From: Candidatus Poribacteria bacterium
Lineage (GTDB): Bacteria > Poribacteria > WGA-4E > PCPOR2b
Assembly: GCA_965198175.1 (NCBI GenBank)
Contig: OZ240245.1
Location: 3,584,001-3,648,000, forward strand
Length of the DNA stretch: 64,000 bases
Direction of reading: 5' to 3'
A program made the position numbers and the translations under genes. The notes under the pieces are model-generated. The model made no database searches and had not been told where the DNA came from. It saw only the letters and a list, made by a program, of their open reading frames with translations. The stretch's first letter is position 1. Each line of letters opens with the position of its first letter. This document shows, in pieces, positions 1 through 8,042 of this stretch.

Positions 1-991
1 GCCGGTCTAGTTCCTCGACCGCCTGACTCAGCGTCAGTTGCCACTCCGCATTCGGAAATGATGTCACCTGCACCGGCAACTTAATCATCTCCTCTTTCTT
101 GAGATCTGGACCGTCAATGTCAACTAGCAGACTGCTGATACCACGGTTCGGCGTCGCGGAGAGTTCAATAACCATACTGGGATCAAGACGAGAAATTGCG
201 CGTGCAAATTCTTCGTTGGCAACCCGGCTTTTTGAGCCGTAGGCTTTATGCGCTTCGTCTAAAACAACTACGGGGCGCAGTACTTTGAAGACGTTAAAAA
301 GGCTCTGTTTGACGGGGCCGCGTTCAGAATGACACTCCAGATCGGGATGCTGGTTTTGGAGGCGTGTATCTCCAAACACATCGTCGATTTCGGGGAAAAA
401 ACTGGGATAACGTCCCGAATCCCGAAATATGCGTAGAAACTCTCTGCCTCTTTGTCGGTTCGCCGCTGGCAGCATCAGCAGCATGACGCACAAGTAGTTG
501 GCGATGTCGTCACGGTTGAAAGGGTCGTCCTTTTCCAACATTTTGACTCTGCCCGCGCTCGCGCGCTCTAGAGTTTGGCGGTACGGGTGTTCCCGATTCC
601 ACAGTGCAGCTTTAGTCTGCGCATAGATTGCCTTAGTCGGCACGATCCACAACGTCAGCCCGGTTTGTCGATTGAGACGTTCCAGCGCGGAAGCCGCAAG
701 CAAGGTCTTGCCTCCGCCTGTCGGCACTTTGAAGCAGATGTGCGGAATTGGACGATTTGCCTCGTCGGTGCGGTCTACGTATGTCGCCGCACGTGACGCG
801 ACACCCTCACTCTCTTCAAGCTTCTGCCATGCCAATCGGGGATAATTTCTGACCGTATCAGGAATATCGCCTGCAGCATCGGGCCATGCTTCAACCGCAG
901 TTTCTGACTGATGCCGTGCCGTTTTAAGCGCATCTAACCATCGGCTGAAAGCGTCAAGCGCCCGGTTTTGATACGTTTTCAATTCCATCAT
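1..991 (-). CDS. res: Type III restriction enzyme Res subunit (SF2 helicase), N-terminal part; runs off the window
   Basis: Manual translation from ATG at 991: MMELKTYQNRALDAF...CFKVPTGGGKT (Walker A)...VVVLDEAHK (DEAH)...ELSATP. GAGGTGG RBS; lies directly downstream of mod. Confidence 0.9.
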   Translation of the reverse strand, partial: MMELKTYQNRALDAFSRWLDALKTARHQSETAVEAWPDAAGDIPDTVRNYPRLAWQKLEESEGVASRAATYVDRTDEANRPIPHICFKVPTGGGKTLLAASALERLNRQTGLTLWIVPTKAIYAQTKAALWNREHPYRQTLERASAGRVKMLEKDDPFNRDDIANYLCVMLLMLPAANRQRGREFLRIFRDSGRYPSFFPEIDDVFGDTRLQNQHPDLECHSERGPVKQSLFNVFKVLRPVVVLDEAHKAYGSKSRVANEEFARAISRLDPSMVIELSATPNRGISSLLVDIDGPDLKKEEMIKLPVQVTSFPNAEWQLTLSQAVEELDR

Positions 992-1067
992 AGCGCCACC
1001 TCTTTGTCCTACCTCCCGATACGCCCTCGGCTTGGATAGCCATATTCAAGCTTTGATGTTGTGCCGC

Positions 1068-2693
1068 TTACCTTTCGTAAAGGGCGTGTGGGAGTTGACA
1101 AAAGGTGATGCCCATCCCAGTCAATTCTTTCTGGCTGATGTATTTGCCCGGTGCGAAAACGGTTGCCTTTTTACCGTTTTGACAACTGGCGTCCCGGATG
1201 CGTTCCGCCCGATCCTGGGTGAACATCGCCTCGTTGCTGCGCAGGTATTCGAGATCAGGTTTGTAGAGCATATAGTAATCGATTTTTTCTCCCTTGTGAA
1301 ATAGACCATCATCGTTTTTTGAGGATAACTGGCTTGTGCCCTGTGCGCTCCCAGAGGCGGTATGCAGCAGATAGGCAGCGAGTGATTCATACGCAGGCAG
1401 CGTGTCCCCGGTGAGCATCCCTTCCACATCTATCGGTCTTCCCAACGTGCAGTAGGTGAAGGAGCCACGGTAGCCATCGCGCAGTGAATCGCCGCGGGCG
1501 TTCGGGACGCCATTCATTACCCGGCGCACGCGCTCCGCCGTGATATTGTCGGCGTAATCTTCGCACTCTATGAGGATGAACTTGCGGTTGCCGCCATCTT
1601 CCTTGTTCAAGGCAAGAACTGCGTGGGCGGTTGTCCCGCTGCCGGAAAACGAGTCGAGGATGATGGCGTCCTTACTTGACAAGCGCAGTATCTGCATTAA
1701 TAGGCGACTAGGTTTCGGACTTGTAAATTGTTCTTCTCGTTTGGTAAGGATTGTTTTGACTTCTCTAACCGCCTCCTGATTATGCCCAACATCTTGGTGT
1801 TGCCATATTGTGTTCGCTTTTCTCCCCCGCTGAACTTCTGAAAGAAATCGTTTAAGTCTTGGGAAGGCATTTCCTTTCGATCCAAACCAAATTCGATTAT
1901 CAGCGATTAGTTGCCTCAAGTTATCTTCCGAAAAGACCCAGTGCTTGCCCGTCGGGACGTTAAAAGATTTACCAGTCGGGCCGATAACTTCATAGTACCC
2001 ACCTACCCGTTCTTCATTTGCAACCAAGTCACCCGAAATCCAAGCCCCACGTGGATCATTGTCTGGATTCTTGTAGGCTCGGTCCATTTTCTCTGTTCTA
2101 GGCAACAATGCGATGTTAGCAGTCAACTTGTCCTTCGCATAGACCTGAATATAGTCATGGTTGTCGGAGAAATACTTGGCATCGTTTTTAAGGCTGTGAA
2201 TTTTTTCCCACGTAATATTTGCTAGGAAATTTTGCTCCCCAAAAACCTCATCCATCAGCATCCGCAGATGATGTTGTTCATTATCGTCGATTGAGACAAA
2301 AATTACGCCATCCTCGGCAAGCAGTTCTTTGAGCAGGTGCAGCCTGGGCCACATCATACAGAGCCATTTATCGTGTCGCTCAAGGTCTTCGTTGTCAACG
2401 GGGGCATTCTCTGTGAGCCATTGCTGCATCAGCGGGCTGTTTACACTGTCGTTATAGACCCAGCCTTCATTGCCGGTATTGTAGGGCGGATCGATGTAGA
2501 TACACTTAACTCGGTTCGCGTAGCAGGGCAGCAGGGCTTTGAGAGCTTTTAGGTTATCGCCGTGGATGATGAGATTGTCGTCTGCCCCAGTCGGGTTGCA
2601 GGAGCGTTTTTCGTCCGGTTCAAGCGGTTGGTAGGGGACGGTGAGATGGTGGGCGTAGATGTGCTGTTTTCCTTTGAAATCGAGTGTGGGCAT
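1068..2693 (-). CDS. mod: Type III R-M N6-adenine DNA methyltransferase (Mod)
   Basis: IYIDPPYN (motif IV) precedes DSFSGSGTT (motif I), the beta-class order; adjacent to res. Confidence 0.93.
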   Translation of the reverse strand: MPTLDFKGKQHIYAHHLTVPYQPLEPDEKRSCNPTGADDNLIIHGDNLKALKALLPCYANRVKCIYIDPPYNTGNEGWVYNDSVNSPLMQQWLTENAPVDNEDLERHDKWLCMMWPRLHLLKELLAEDGVIFVSIDDNEQHHLRMLMDEVFGEQNFLANITWEKIHSLKNDAKYFSDNHDYIQVYAKDKLTANIALLPRTEKMDRAYKNPDNDPRGAWISGDLVANEERVGGYYEVIGPTGKSFNVPTGKHWVFSEDNLRQLIADNRIWFGSKGNAFPRLKRFLSEVQRGRKANTIWQHQDVGHNQEAVREVKTILTKREEQFTSPKPSRLLMQILRLSSKDAIILDSFSGSGTTAHAVLALNKEDGGNRKFILIECEDYADNITAERVRRVMNGVPNARGDSLRDGYRGSFTYCTLGRPIDVEGMLTGDTLPAYESLAAYLLHTASGSAQGTSQLSSKNDDGLFHKGEKIDYYMLYKPDLEYLRSNEAMFTQDRAERIRDASCQNGKKATVFAPGKYISQKELTGMGITFCQLPHALYER

Positions 2694-2713
2694 TGGTAAA
2701 ACTCCTTGAGGTG

Positions 2714-2748
2714 CAGTGGCTAGTGGTCAGTGGCTAGTTGTTAGCAGT
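2714..2748. repeat. Degenerate heptamer tandem repeat (5 units, YAGTGGY-like)
   Basis: cagtggc tagtggt cagtggc tagttgt tagcagt. Confidence 0.7.
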
Positions 2749-2758
2749 TTGCTGCATG

Positions 2759-3175
2759 TTAATTCACCCAATTTTCCAAACGCAGTCCCAGCTCAGCTAT
2801 CCGCCCATAATCGGAATCAGAAGTAACCAAAATTGTGTCAAGAGCAAGAGCCGTCGCAGCAATCCAAAGGTCGCATTCATCTAACGGTGTTCCTTGTTGT
2901 TGCGCCGCAACTCTAATCTTCGCATAGAAATCAGCAACATTTTCTGGGATTGGATCACACGGAATTTCAGCCAATAATACCTCGGCCTTTTGTTGGAGAT
3001 TTTGTCGTCGCTGTCCAGCAGGAAGTCGAACAATTCCGAACAGAATTTCACCTTTGACGATTGGACAGATGAAAAGATAATCCGAATGGACCAGAGATTC
3101 CAAACGTGCTTTAACCGCGGGAGCATCATTCATCAAATAACTCCACGTAGATGTATCCAGAAGATATTTATTCAT
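2759..3175 (-). CDS. vapC: VapC-family PIN-domain toxin
   Basis: MNKYLLDTS...GEILFG...DLWIAATAL...LVTSDSDY with the PIN acidic residues; ATG at 3175 overlaps the last codons of the upstream ORF. Confidence 0.9.
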   Translation of the reverse strand: MNKYLLDTSTWSYLMNDAPAVKARLESLVHSDYLFICPIVKGEILFGIVRLPAGQRRQNLQQKAEVLLAEIPCDPIPENVADFYAKIRVAAQQQGTPLDECDLWIAATALALDTILVTSDSDYGRIAELGLRLENWVN

Positions 3176-5927
3176 GGTTTTCAGATTCATCGGGCCCAAA
3201 AGGCGAATCGAATTTTATGGGTGTTTTTCCTTCCTCGATTGACTGACGCAGCGCCTCAACGTCTTCATGGGTAAGATGCGGTGGTTTTTCCATCGCGCGA
3301 ATTAGGCGTTGTGCTATCGGATTTTTTGCCGTTTTCGCATCCTGTTTCTGCTTCGATTCTGTCCAACCGTGAAACTGCTTTAAATTATCATATGATACTT
3401 CCTCAAGTAATATAGCCTGATGTGCGGTGAGTAGAATCTTGCCGATTTTATTCTTGCCGGTCTCACTGCTCTTACAGGCTTCTTCTATTTGGGGCACGGT
3501 AATCATGGGTGTTTTCAACTTTGCTCGAAATTTTATTTTTTCAAGCCACTGTACGGAAAGGAGCTCTGCCAAGTCTAGCACGACAAGATCCTCCCATTCG
3601 CTACCAATGACTGAGGTCGTAATGAGTGTGTGAGCATAAAAGAGGTTTTCTGAACTGGTTTTGATATCATGAATTACCGCCAAAGCCGCGACGAGCCGTA
3701 TTTGACCTATAGGTTCTTGTGTTTTCATCGCGATTAACACTTCTTTTTTATCCCCGAGCAACATTGACTCTATCTTATCGAGAGCACTGATCAGATTTTC
3801 TCTGATAGGTAGATTTAACGAACTGGCACGCCAAATTGCCAGAATGTCATGCATGTCTAAGTTTATTCGTAGTCGAACTAGAAGGGCTGTTCCTAAAATA
3901 AAAATGATGTTCTCAACAGAAGCAAAGTTGGCTAGAGCAACTATGGATGAAGAATCAACGCCCTTTGCTCTAATTCGTTTCCCCGATTGGTACTGCTCAT
4001 GCATTGACTCAAACGCATTCGCCATTTGATAGACACGATGTGGCAAATCATCATACGTCTTGTTTCTGAATATATATTTGAACTGAAGGAAGGAAAAAGC
4101 GAAGCTTAATGCTGGATCGGCTTCCCGGTCCGGAATCTGCAAGGCATGATCCAAAACTGTTCTTCCACTCCCAAACTTGCATTCAACTTGCGCCAGATAG
4201 AGCCAAATGTTTTCAACTGGAGAATCTGGCAGATTTAGAACTTTTTCATCTGTCTCCGGATTGCTACAGAGAGCTACGCGAGGTTCTTCAGATTCTGGAT
4301 TGTAATTATCACGCTCTTGTTTTGCAATCCATCCTATAGAATAGGCTAAACGTTTCTTTAAGGTAAAATACTTGACATCCTTATTGTCTTGAGGAAACTT
4401 CTCAAATTCTTTCAATGCCAGATTCAATAGCTTTATGCTGTCCAAGTAGTTGCCCGCCTTGAACTGTGCGAATCCCGCATCTGCATACAAACCGATGTAT
4501 CTTTCAGTATTCTCAATCCTTTGGGTTCTTTTTGATCCCTCTTCAAAAAAGGTCGCCGCTTTCCCCCAATTGTTCAACTCTGCGGCACAGATAGCGGCTC
4601 GACGATACTCTTCTAAAGGTCCAAGGTTTAATTGTTCCGATGGTGGATTCCATTCAGGGAGAATACGCTCGTAAATATTTAGTGCTTCTTTGTAGTTTCG
4701 CTGGCCAAAATATACATTGGCTTGTTCTTCCTCTATTACTGGTAGAGCCCCCACTTTTGATACAATATCCTGAAGAACTTTATGAGCGGTATCAGGGTCA
4801 TGCAAATACTCGTCGTGAATGATGGCTTTTCCCCTTGCTGATGCCGCAGTAAGATGGGGATAACCCCAAGCGATAGTTTTTTCAATTGCTTTGTCAAATA
4901 CGTGCAGGCATTCCGTCCAATCCGGATTTTCAAGGTTTGCTTCCGCCCACCAAACTCCATCAATCAAAAGCCGGCAGTCAACGCTGTCATTCTCAAAATC
5001 AGCCAATAGTAGCGCCCGAATTTTCGGCGGAATTTCATCCACAGCGTCAATAAGATCATTGAGAAACGGAGGGTAAATAGGATTAGGTGTACTGTAGCAA
5101 AAACTAAATAGGGTACTGAAATAACTTGATTTATCAGTTTTTTGTTCTTCGAACTGTACCATGTAGGTACGGTTATATATTTCTTGGGCTTCTTTATTAG
5201 TGCTTGTAATATCAATTATTTCTCTTAGATAGTCTACCATCTGTTTGGCTGGAAGTGAGACTTGATAAGTTCTCAATGCTTGTGTCGCCAACATGAGACG
5301 AGACTGCAAATATAGCTGATGTGGCTCGTACAGCTCGGTTTCTTTATCCCATTCTTCAAGTATTTTCAGCGCCGACTTCGGTTCGCCCTCAACTGCAATG
5401 CGATGTTGCAATGACCGAAACAGATTGTTTACAATGGCACCTTCAAGAGATAGTCTTTCAGGAATATCGGGTTCGACGCGAATCAGCCACGAATATTCTT
5501 GGCAGAGCACTTGCCAACTGTCATCTGGAGCAGTCATTAATGCCTCAATGGCATCAATAAGACTATCTTTGTTCCTTCCAGCTATACTGTGTTTGATCGC
5601 AGCCAGTGCCTCTGATATGGTGAGAGCCCTTGTTTTGAGAGATTGATTGAGAACATTAGACGAATCCTCAATCAATGCTGCTTTAATGTGATCAAGAATA
5701 GATTTTTTGTTCAGGGGATGTTTTGCTAGAGTATGCAGAATTGGAACTCTTCGTGTTTTTTCCTCTTCAATTATCTCAAATGTGCGCACTTTGGGAAACT
5801 CACGGGTTTCCACTTGCGGTGAGAACGGATCGCTGTGAAGGACTTGGTTGTCACTTATGGTCTTCTCAACCAAGCTGACTGCTTTAGCGCCCGTTTGCCA
5901 ATCAATAGACTCAATGACTTGCATCAT
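3168..5927 (-). CDS. Large helical/TPR-rich protein with an antitoxin-like C-terminal tail; probably the remaining part of a larger nuclease-led defence gene
   Basis: TPR-like segments (EEQANVYFGQRNYKEALNIYERIL; DAGFAQFKAGNYLDSIKLLNLALK); AT-rich; no Walker A visible; tail AMEKPPHLTHEDVEALRQSIEEGK overlaps vapC. Confidence 0.65.
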   Translation of the reverse strand: MMQVIESIDWQTGAKAVSLVEKTISDNQVLHSDPFSPQVETREFPKVRTFEIIEEEKTRRVPILHTLAKHPLNKKSILDHIKAALIEDSSNVLNQSLKTRALTISEALAAIKHSIAGRNKDSLIDAIEALMTAPDDSWQVLCQEYSWLIRVEPDIPERLSLEGAIVNNLFRSLQHRIAVEGEPKSALKILEEWDKETELYEPHQLYLQSRLMLATQALRTYQVSLPAKQMVDYLREIIDITSTNKEAQEIYNRTYMVQFEEQKTDKSSYFSTLFSFCYSTPNPIYPPFLNDLIDAVDEIPPKIRALLLADFENDSVDCRLLIDGVWWAEANLENPDWTECLHVFDKAIEKTIAWGYPHLTAASARGKAIIHDEYLHDPDTAHKVLQDIVSKVGALPVIEEEQANVYFGQRNYKEALNIYERILPEWNPPSEQLNLGPLEEYRRAAICAAELNNWGKAATFFEEGSKRTQRIENTERYIGLYADAGFAQFKAGNYLDSIKLLNLALKEFEKFPQDNKDVKYFTLKKRLAYSIGWIAKQERDNYNPESEEPRVALCSNPETDEKVLNLPDSPVENIWLYLAQVECKFGSGRTVLDHALQIPDREADPALSFAFSFLQFKYIFRNKTYDDLPHRVYQMANAFESMHEQYQSGKRIRAKGVDSSSIVALANFASVENIIFILGTALLVRLRINLDMHDILAIWRASSLNLPIRENLISALDKIESMLLGDKKEVLIAMKTQEPIGQIRLVAALAVIHDIKTSSENLFYAHTLITTSVIGSEWEDLVVLDLAELLSVQWLEKIKFRAKLKTPMITVPQIEEACKSSETGKNKIGKILLTAHQAILLEEVSYDNLKQFHGWTESKQKQDAKTAKNPIAQRLIRAMEKPPHLTHEDVEALRQSIEEGKTPIKFDSPFGPDESENHE

Positions 5928-6163
5928 TCACCTCCTGAGATCTGAGGACGATCTTGCGTTGTGCGTCTTTGACTTGCACTGCCGTAGCAGTTTCGCCTGA
6001 TATTCTGTCAAAGTCTTCCGCGCCTTCCAGATAGAGAATCTCATCATTAGCAAGGTTCAGCCAAGCGTTTACGCTGTGCCAGATTGGATAGAGGCATCCC
6101 CAGTTGATTATGTGCTTGACGCTCAGGATCTGCGTTTAAGGGTTGTCGTTCTTTGTTTGCCAT
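5911..6163 (-). pseudogene. Frameshifted N-terminal PD-(D/E)xK-like (Cap4-type) endonuclease fragment
   Basis: ATG 6163 MANKERQPLNADPERQAHNQL, frameshift at about 6100, then GCLYPIWHSVNAWLNLANDEILYLEGAEDFDRISGETATAVQVKDAQRKIVLRSQEVNDASH* (E..ED.D...QVK pattern). Not in the ORF track. Confidence 0.65.
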
Positions 6164-6183
6164 TTCTTCCGATAGCCAAGAGA

Positions 6184-6218
6184 CAGTGGTCAGTGATAAG
6201 TGACTAGTGGTTAGAGAT
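6184..6218. repeat. Degenerate heptamer tandem repeat (5 units), same family and orientation as 2714-2748
   Basis: cagtggt cagtgat aagtgac tagtggt tagagat. Confidence 0.65.
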
Positions 6219-6266
6219 TCGTCTGATGTCTCTCATTATGCGAGCTTGTTCAGATCAATCAGGGGT

Positions 6267-6612
6267 GTAGGTTGGGTCGGACTGCCTCTATCACGGACAA
6301 TTTTTGTCGTGAGATTCCAGCCCGAATCCAACCCACGGGGTGATTAGAAGCGTTGGGTTTCGGAACAAACTATCGCCTAAGATCTCTATCGCTTTCCCTA
6401 TTCGGTCACTTGATCTATTCGCTCAGTTGATCTCAACCCAACCTGCGAGTTCTGACCCGTTACAGAAACCGAGTTTTCAAGAAAAAACTCGGTTTCAACA
6501 GGGTGATGAAGCAACCTCCAAAACTGTCGCCTAAAATCGCTGCGAAGAACTATCGTACTCACTATTCGTTCGCTTGATCTATTCACTCAGTTGATCCTTT
6601 GTCAGGGGGGAA
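6267..6612. repeat. REP-like palindromic mosaic (GTAG-headed)
   Basis: GTAGGTTGGGTCGG (6267) and TCAACCCAACCTGC (to 6446) form an inverted repeat; palindrome GAAACCGAGTTTT-CAAGAA-AAAACTCGGTTTC at about 6466-6497; direct repeat CTTGATCTATTC(G/A)CTCAGTTGATC occurs twice. Confidence 0.7.
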
Positions 6613-6712
6613 AGCGGAATCTAGCGGAGTTAGGTTTGCAGAGAAAGATGGGAGGATTATACCATAAACAGTCGGTCTTAACAATCAAAAGGCGGAGATG
6701 CAGCACCGCGGG

Positions 6713-7708
6713 TTATGGCGCAGGTCGCATTTCACCGAGGGAGTTTTCGGCGGGCGAGATGAATTCGACAGCGGGGCTTTCGATGCGACCGTAGGCGTTC
6801 CACACTTTGAAACCCAGAAGGGCTAACAGTTCTGGGGAGGCTGTCTTTAGTACCTCGGGCGAGGTGCCGACGGTGAAGTTTTCCTGCGGTCGAAACTGGG
6901 GACCGCAGAAGGTCGTTATAACTGCCCATCGCGGTGAATCGCTAACGTTTGCACCGGTACCGTGCCAAGTGCGCCCATCCAGCACCAGGGCAGTTCCAGC
7001 GGGACCTTCCGCGGCAACGGTTTCAACATCTTTGTCCCGCTCTGCGTCCGGTTGCTGTCCGATGAGATGACTCCGTGGTACCAGCCGCGTACCACCATTT
7101 TCGGCGGTGAAGTCGCAGAGCATCCACAGGACGTTTCCGACGACAGCGGGAGCGATCATGGTGGGAGGTGCGGCTTTATCCACGTCGAAGCGGCGACGGC
7201 TAATTGAGCCCGGCGGCAGCGGCGACCGTCCTCGGCGTGTGGGTGCTGGCATCCACCACTGGTCGGTGTGCAGATCCATGGCGACACCGCCGGGTTTGGC
7301 GATATTGGCGGTATGGCTGGATAAAAGGTATTCTTGACCGAGAACGTAGGAAATCAGTTCGCGGATGCGCTCGTGGAATAACAGGTTGCGGAAGACTTGA
7401 CCTTTGTTAACTAGCATCCAGATGCGTTGATTGCGCCCGCCGATTGCCTCGGTAAAGGCTTCGGGTCTGAGGCTGCCGTCGGGATTTCGGAAGTCCCCCC
7501 AGTTCTGTGTAGCGCCGCCGTCCTCGAAGGCGAGTCCTCGCTGTTTTTCGGCGGCTGCCTGTTCTTCTAGCCGCGTTCGTAACTCTGCAACGGTTTCGGC
7601 GTTGAGGGCGTCAGCTATGAGGCAATAGCCGAATTCGCCCAGATGTGATTTGGCGAGGTTGAGATTGGTCGTGGGTTCGGGCAGATTATTCATTGTTTTG
7701 CCTTTCAT
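6713..7708 (-). CDS. Phytanoyl-CoA dioxygenase (PhyH) family Fe/2OG oxygenase
   Basis: LHTD (HxD), DFTAENGGTRLVPRSH, distal WHGTG. Confidence 0.9.
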   Translation of the reverse strand: MKGKTMNNLPEPTTNLNLAKSHLGEFGYCLIADALNAETVAELRTRLEEQAAAEKQRGLAFEDGGATQNWGDFRNPDGSLRPEAFTEAIGGRNQRIWMLVNKGQVFRNLLFHERIRELISYVLGQEYLLSSHTANIAKPGGVAMDLHTDQWWMPAPTRRGRSPLPPGSISRRRFDVDKAAPPTMIAPAVVGNVLWMLCDFTAENGGTRLVPRSHLIGQQPDAERDKDVETVAAEGPAGTALVLDGRTWHGTGANVSDSPRWAVITTFCGPQFRPQENFTVGTSPEVLKTASPELLALLGFKVWNAYGRIESPAVEFISPAENSLGEMRPAP

Positions 7709-7792
7709 TGTGTTTTCATTACCCCCTCTCGCTCCCCCTTAGTCAGGGGGAGAATTTTTCGGAATCCGTTGTTGTATTTCAATGCGCAGATT

Positions 7793-7996
7793 TTGTAGGT
7801 TGGGTGGAGCCAACGGCGATACTATGCGATTCAAATTTCCTTGAACATATCGGTAAGTTCAAACGCTATATACATCCGAAAGGTTAAAAAGCGTTGGGTT
7901 TCGCTTCATCATCACAAATTTCATACAGAATCAACCCCCGAAACCCGTATGTTCCATGTCGCATGTTTCACCAACACAGCTCTACCCAACCTACAA
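7793..7996. repeat. REP/MITE-like element with 18-bp terminal inverted repeats
   Basis: TTGTAGGTTGGGTGGAGC / GCTCTACCCAACCTACAA (1 mismatch); internal AAGCGTTGGGTTTCG shared with the 6267 element. Confidence 0.75.
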
Positions 7997-8042
7997 TTAC
8001 TACAATCGCCCTTGGTAATGGGGAGGATTTCATAAAATAGCG

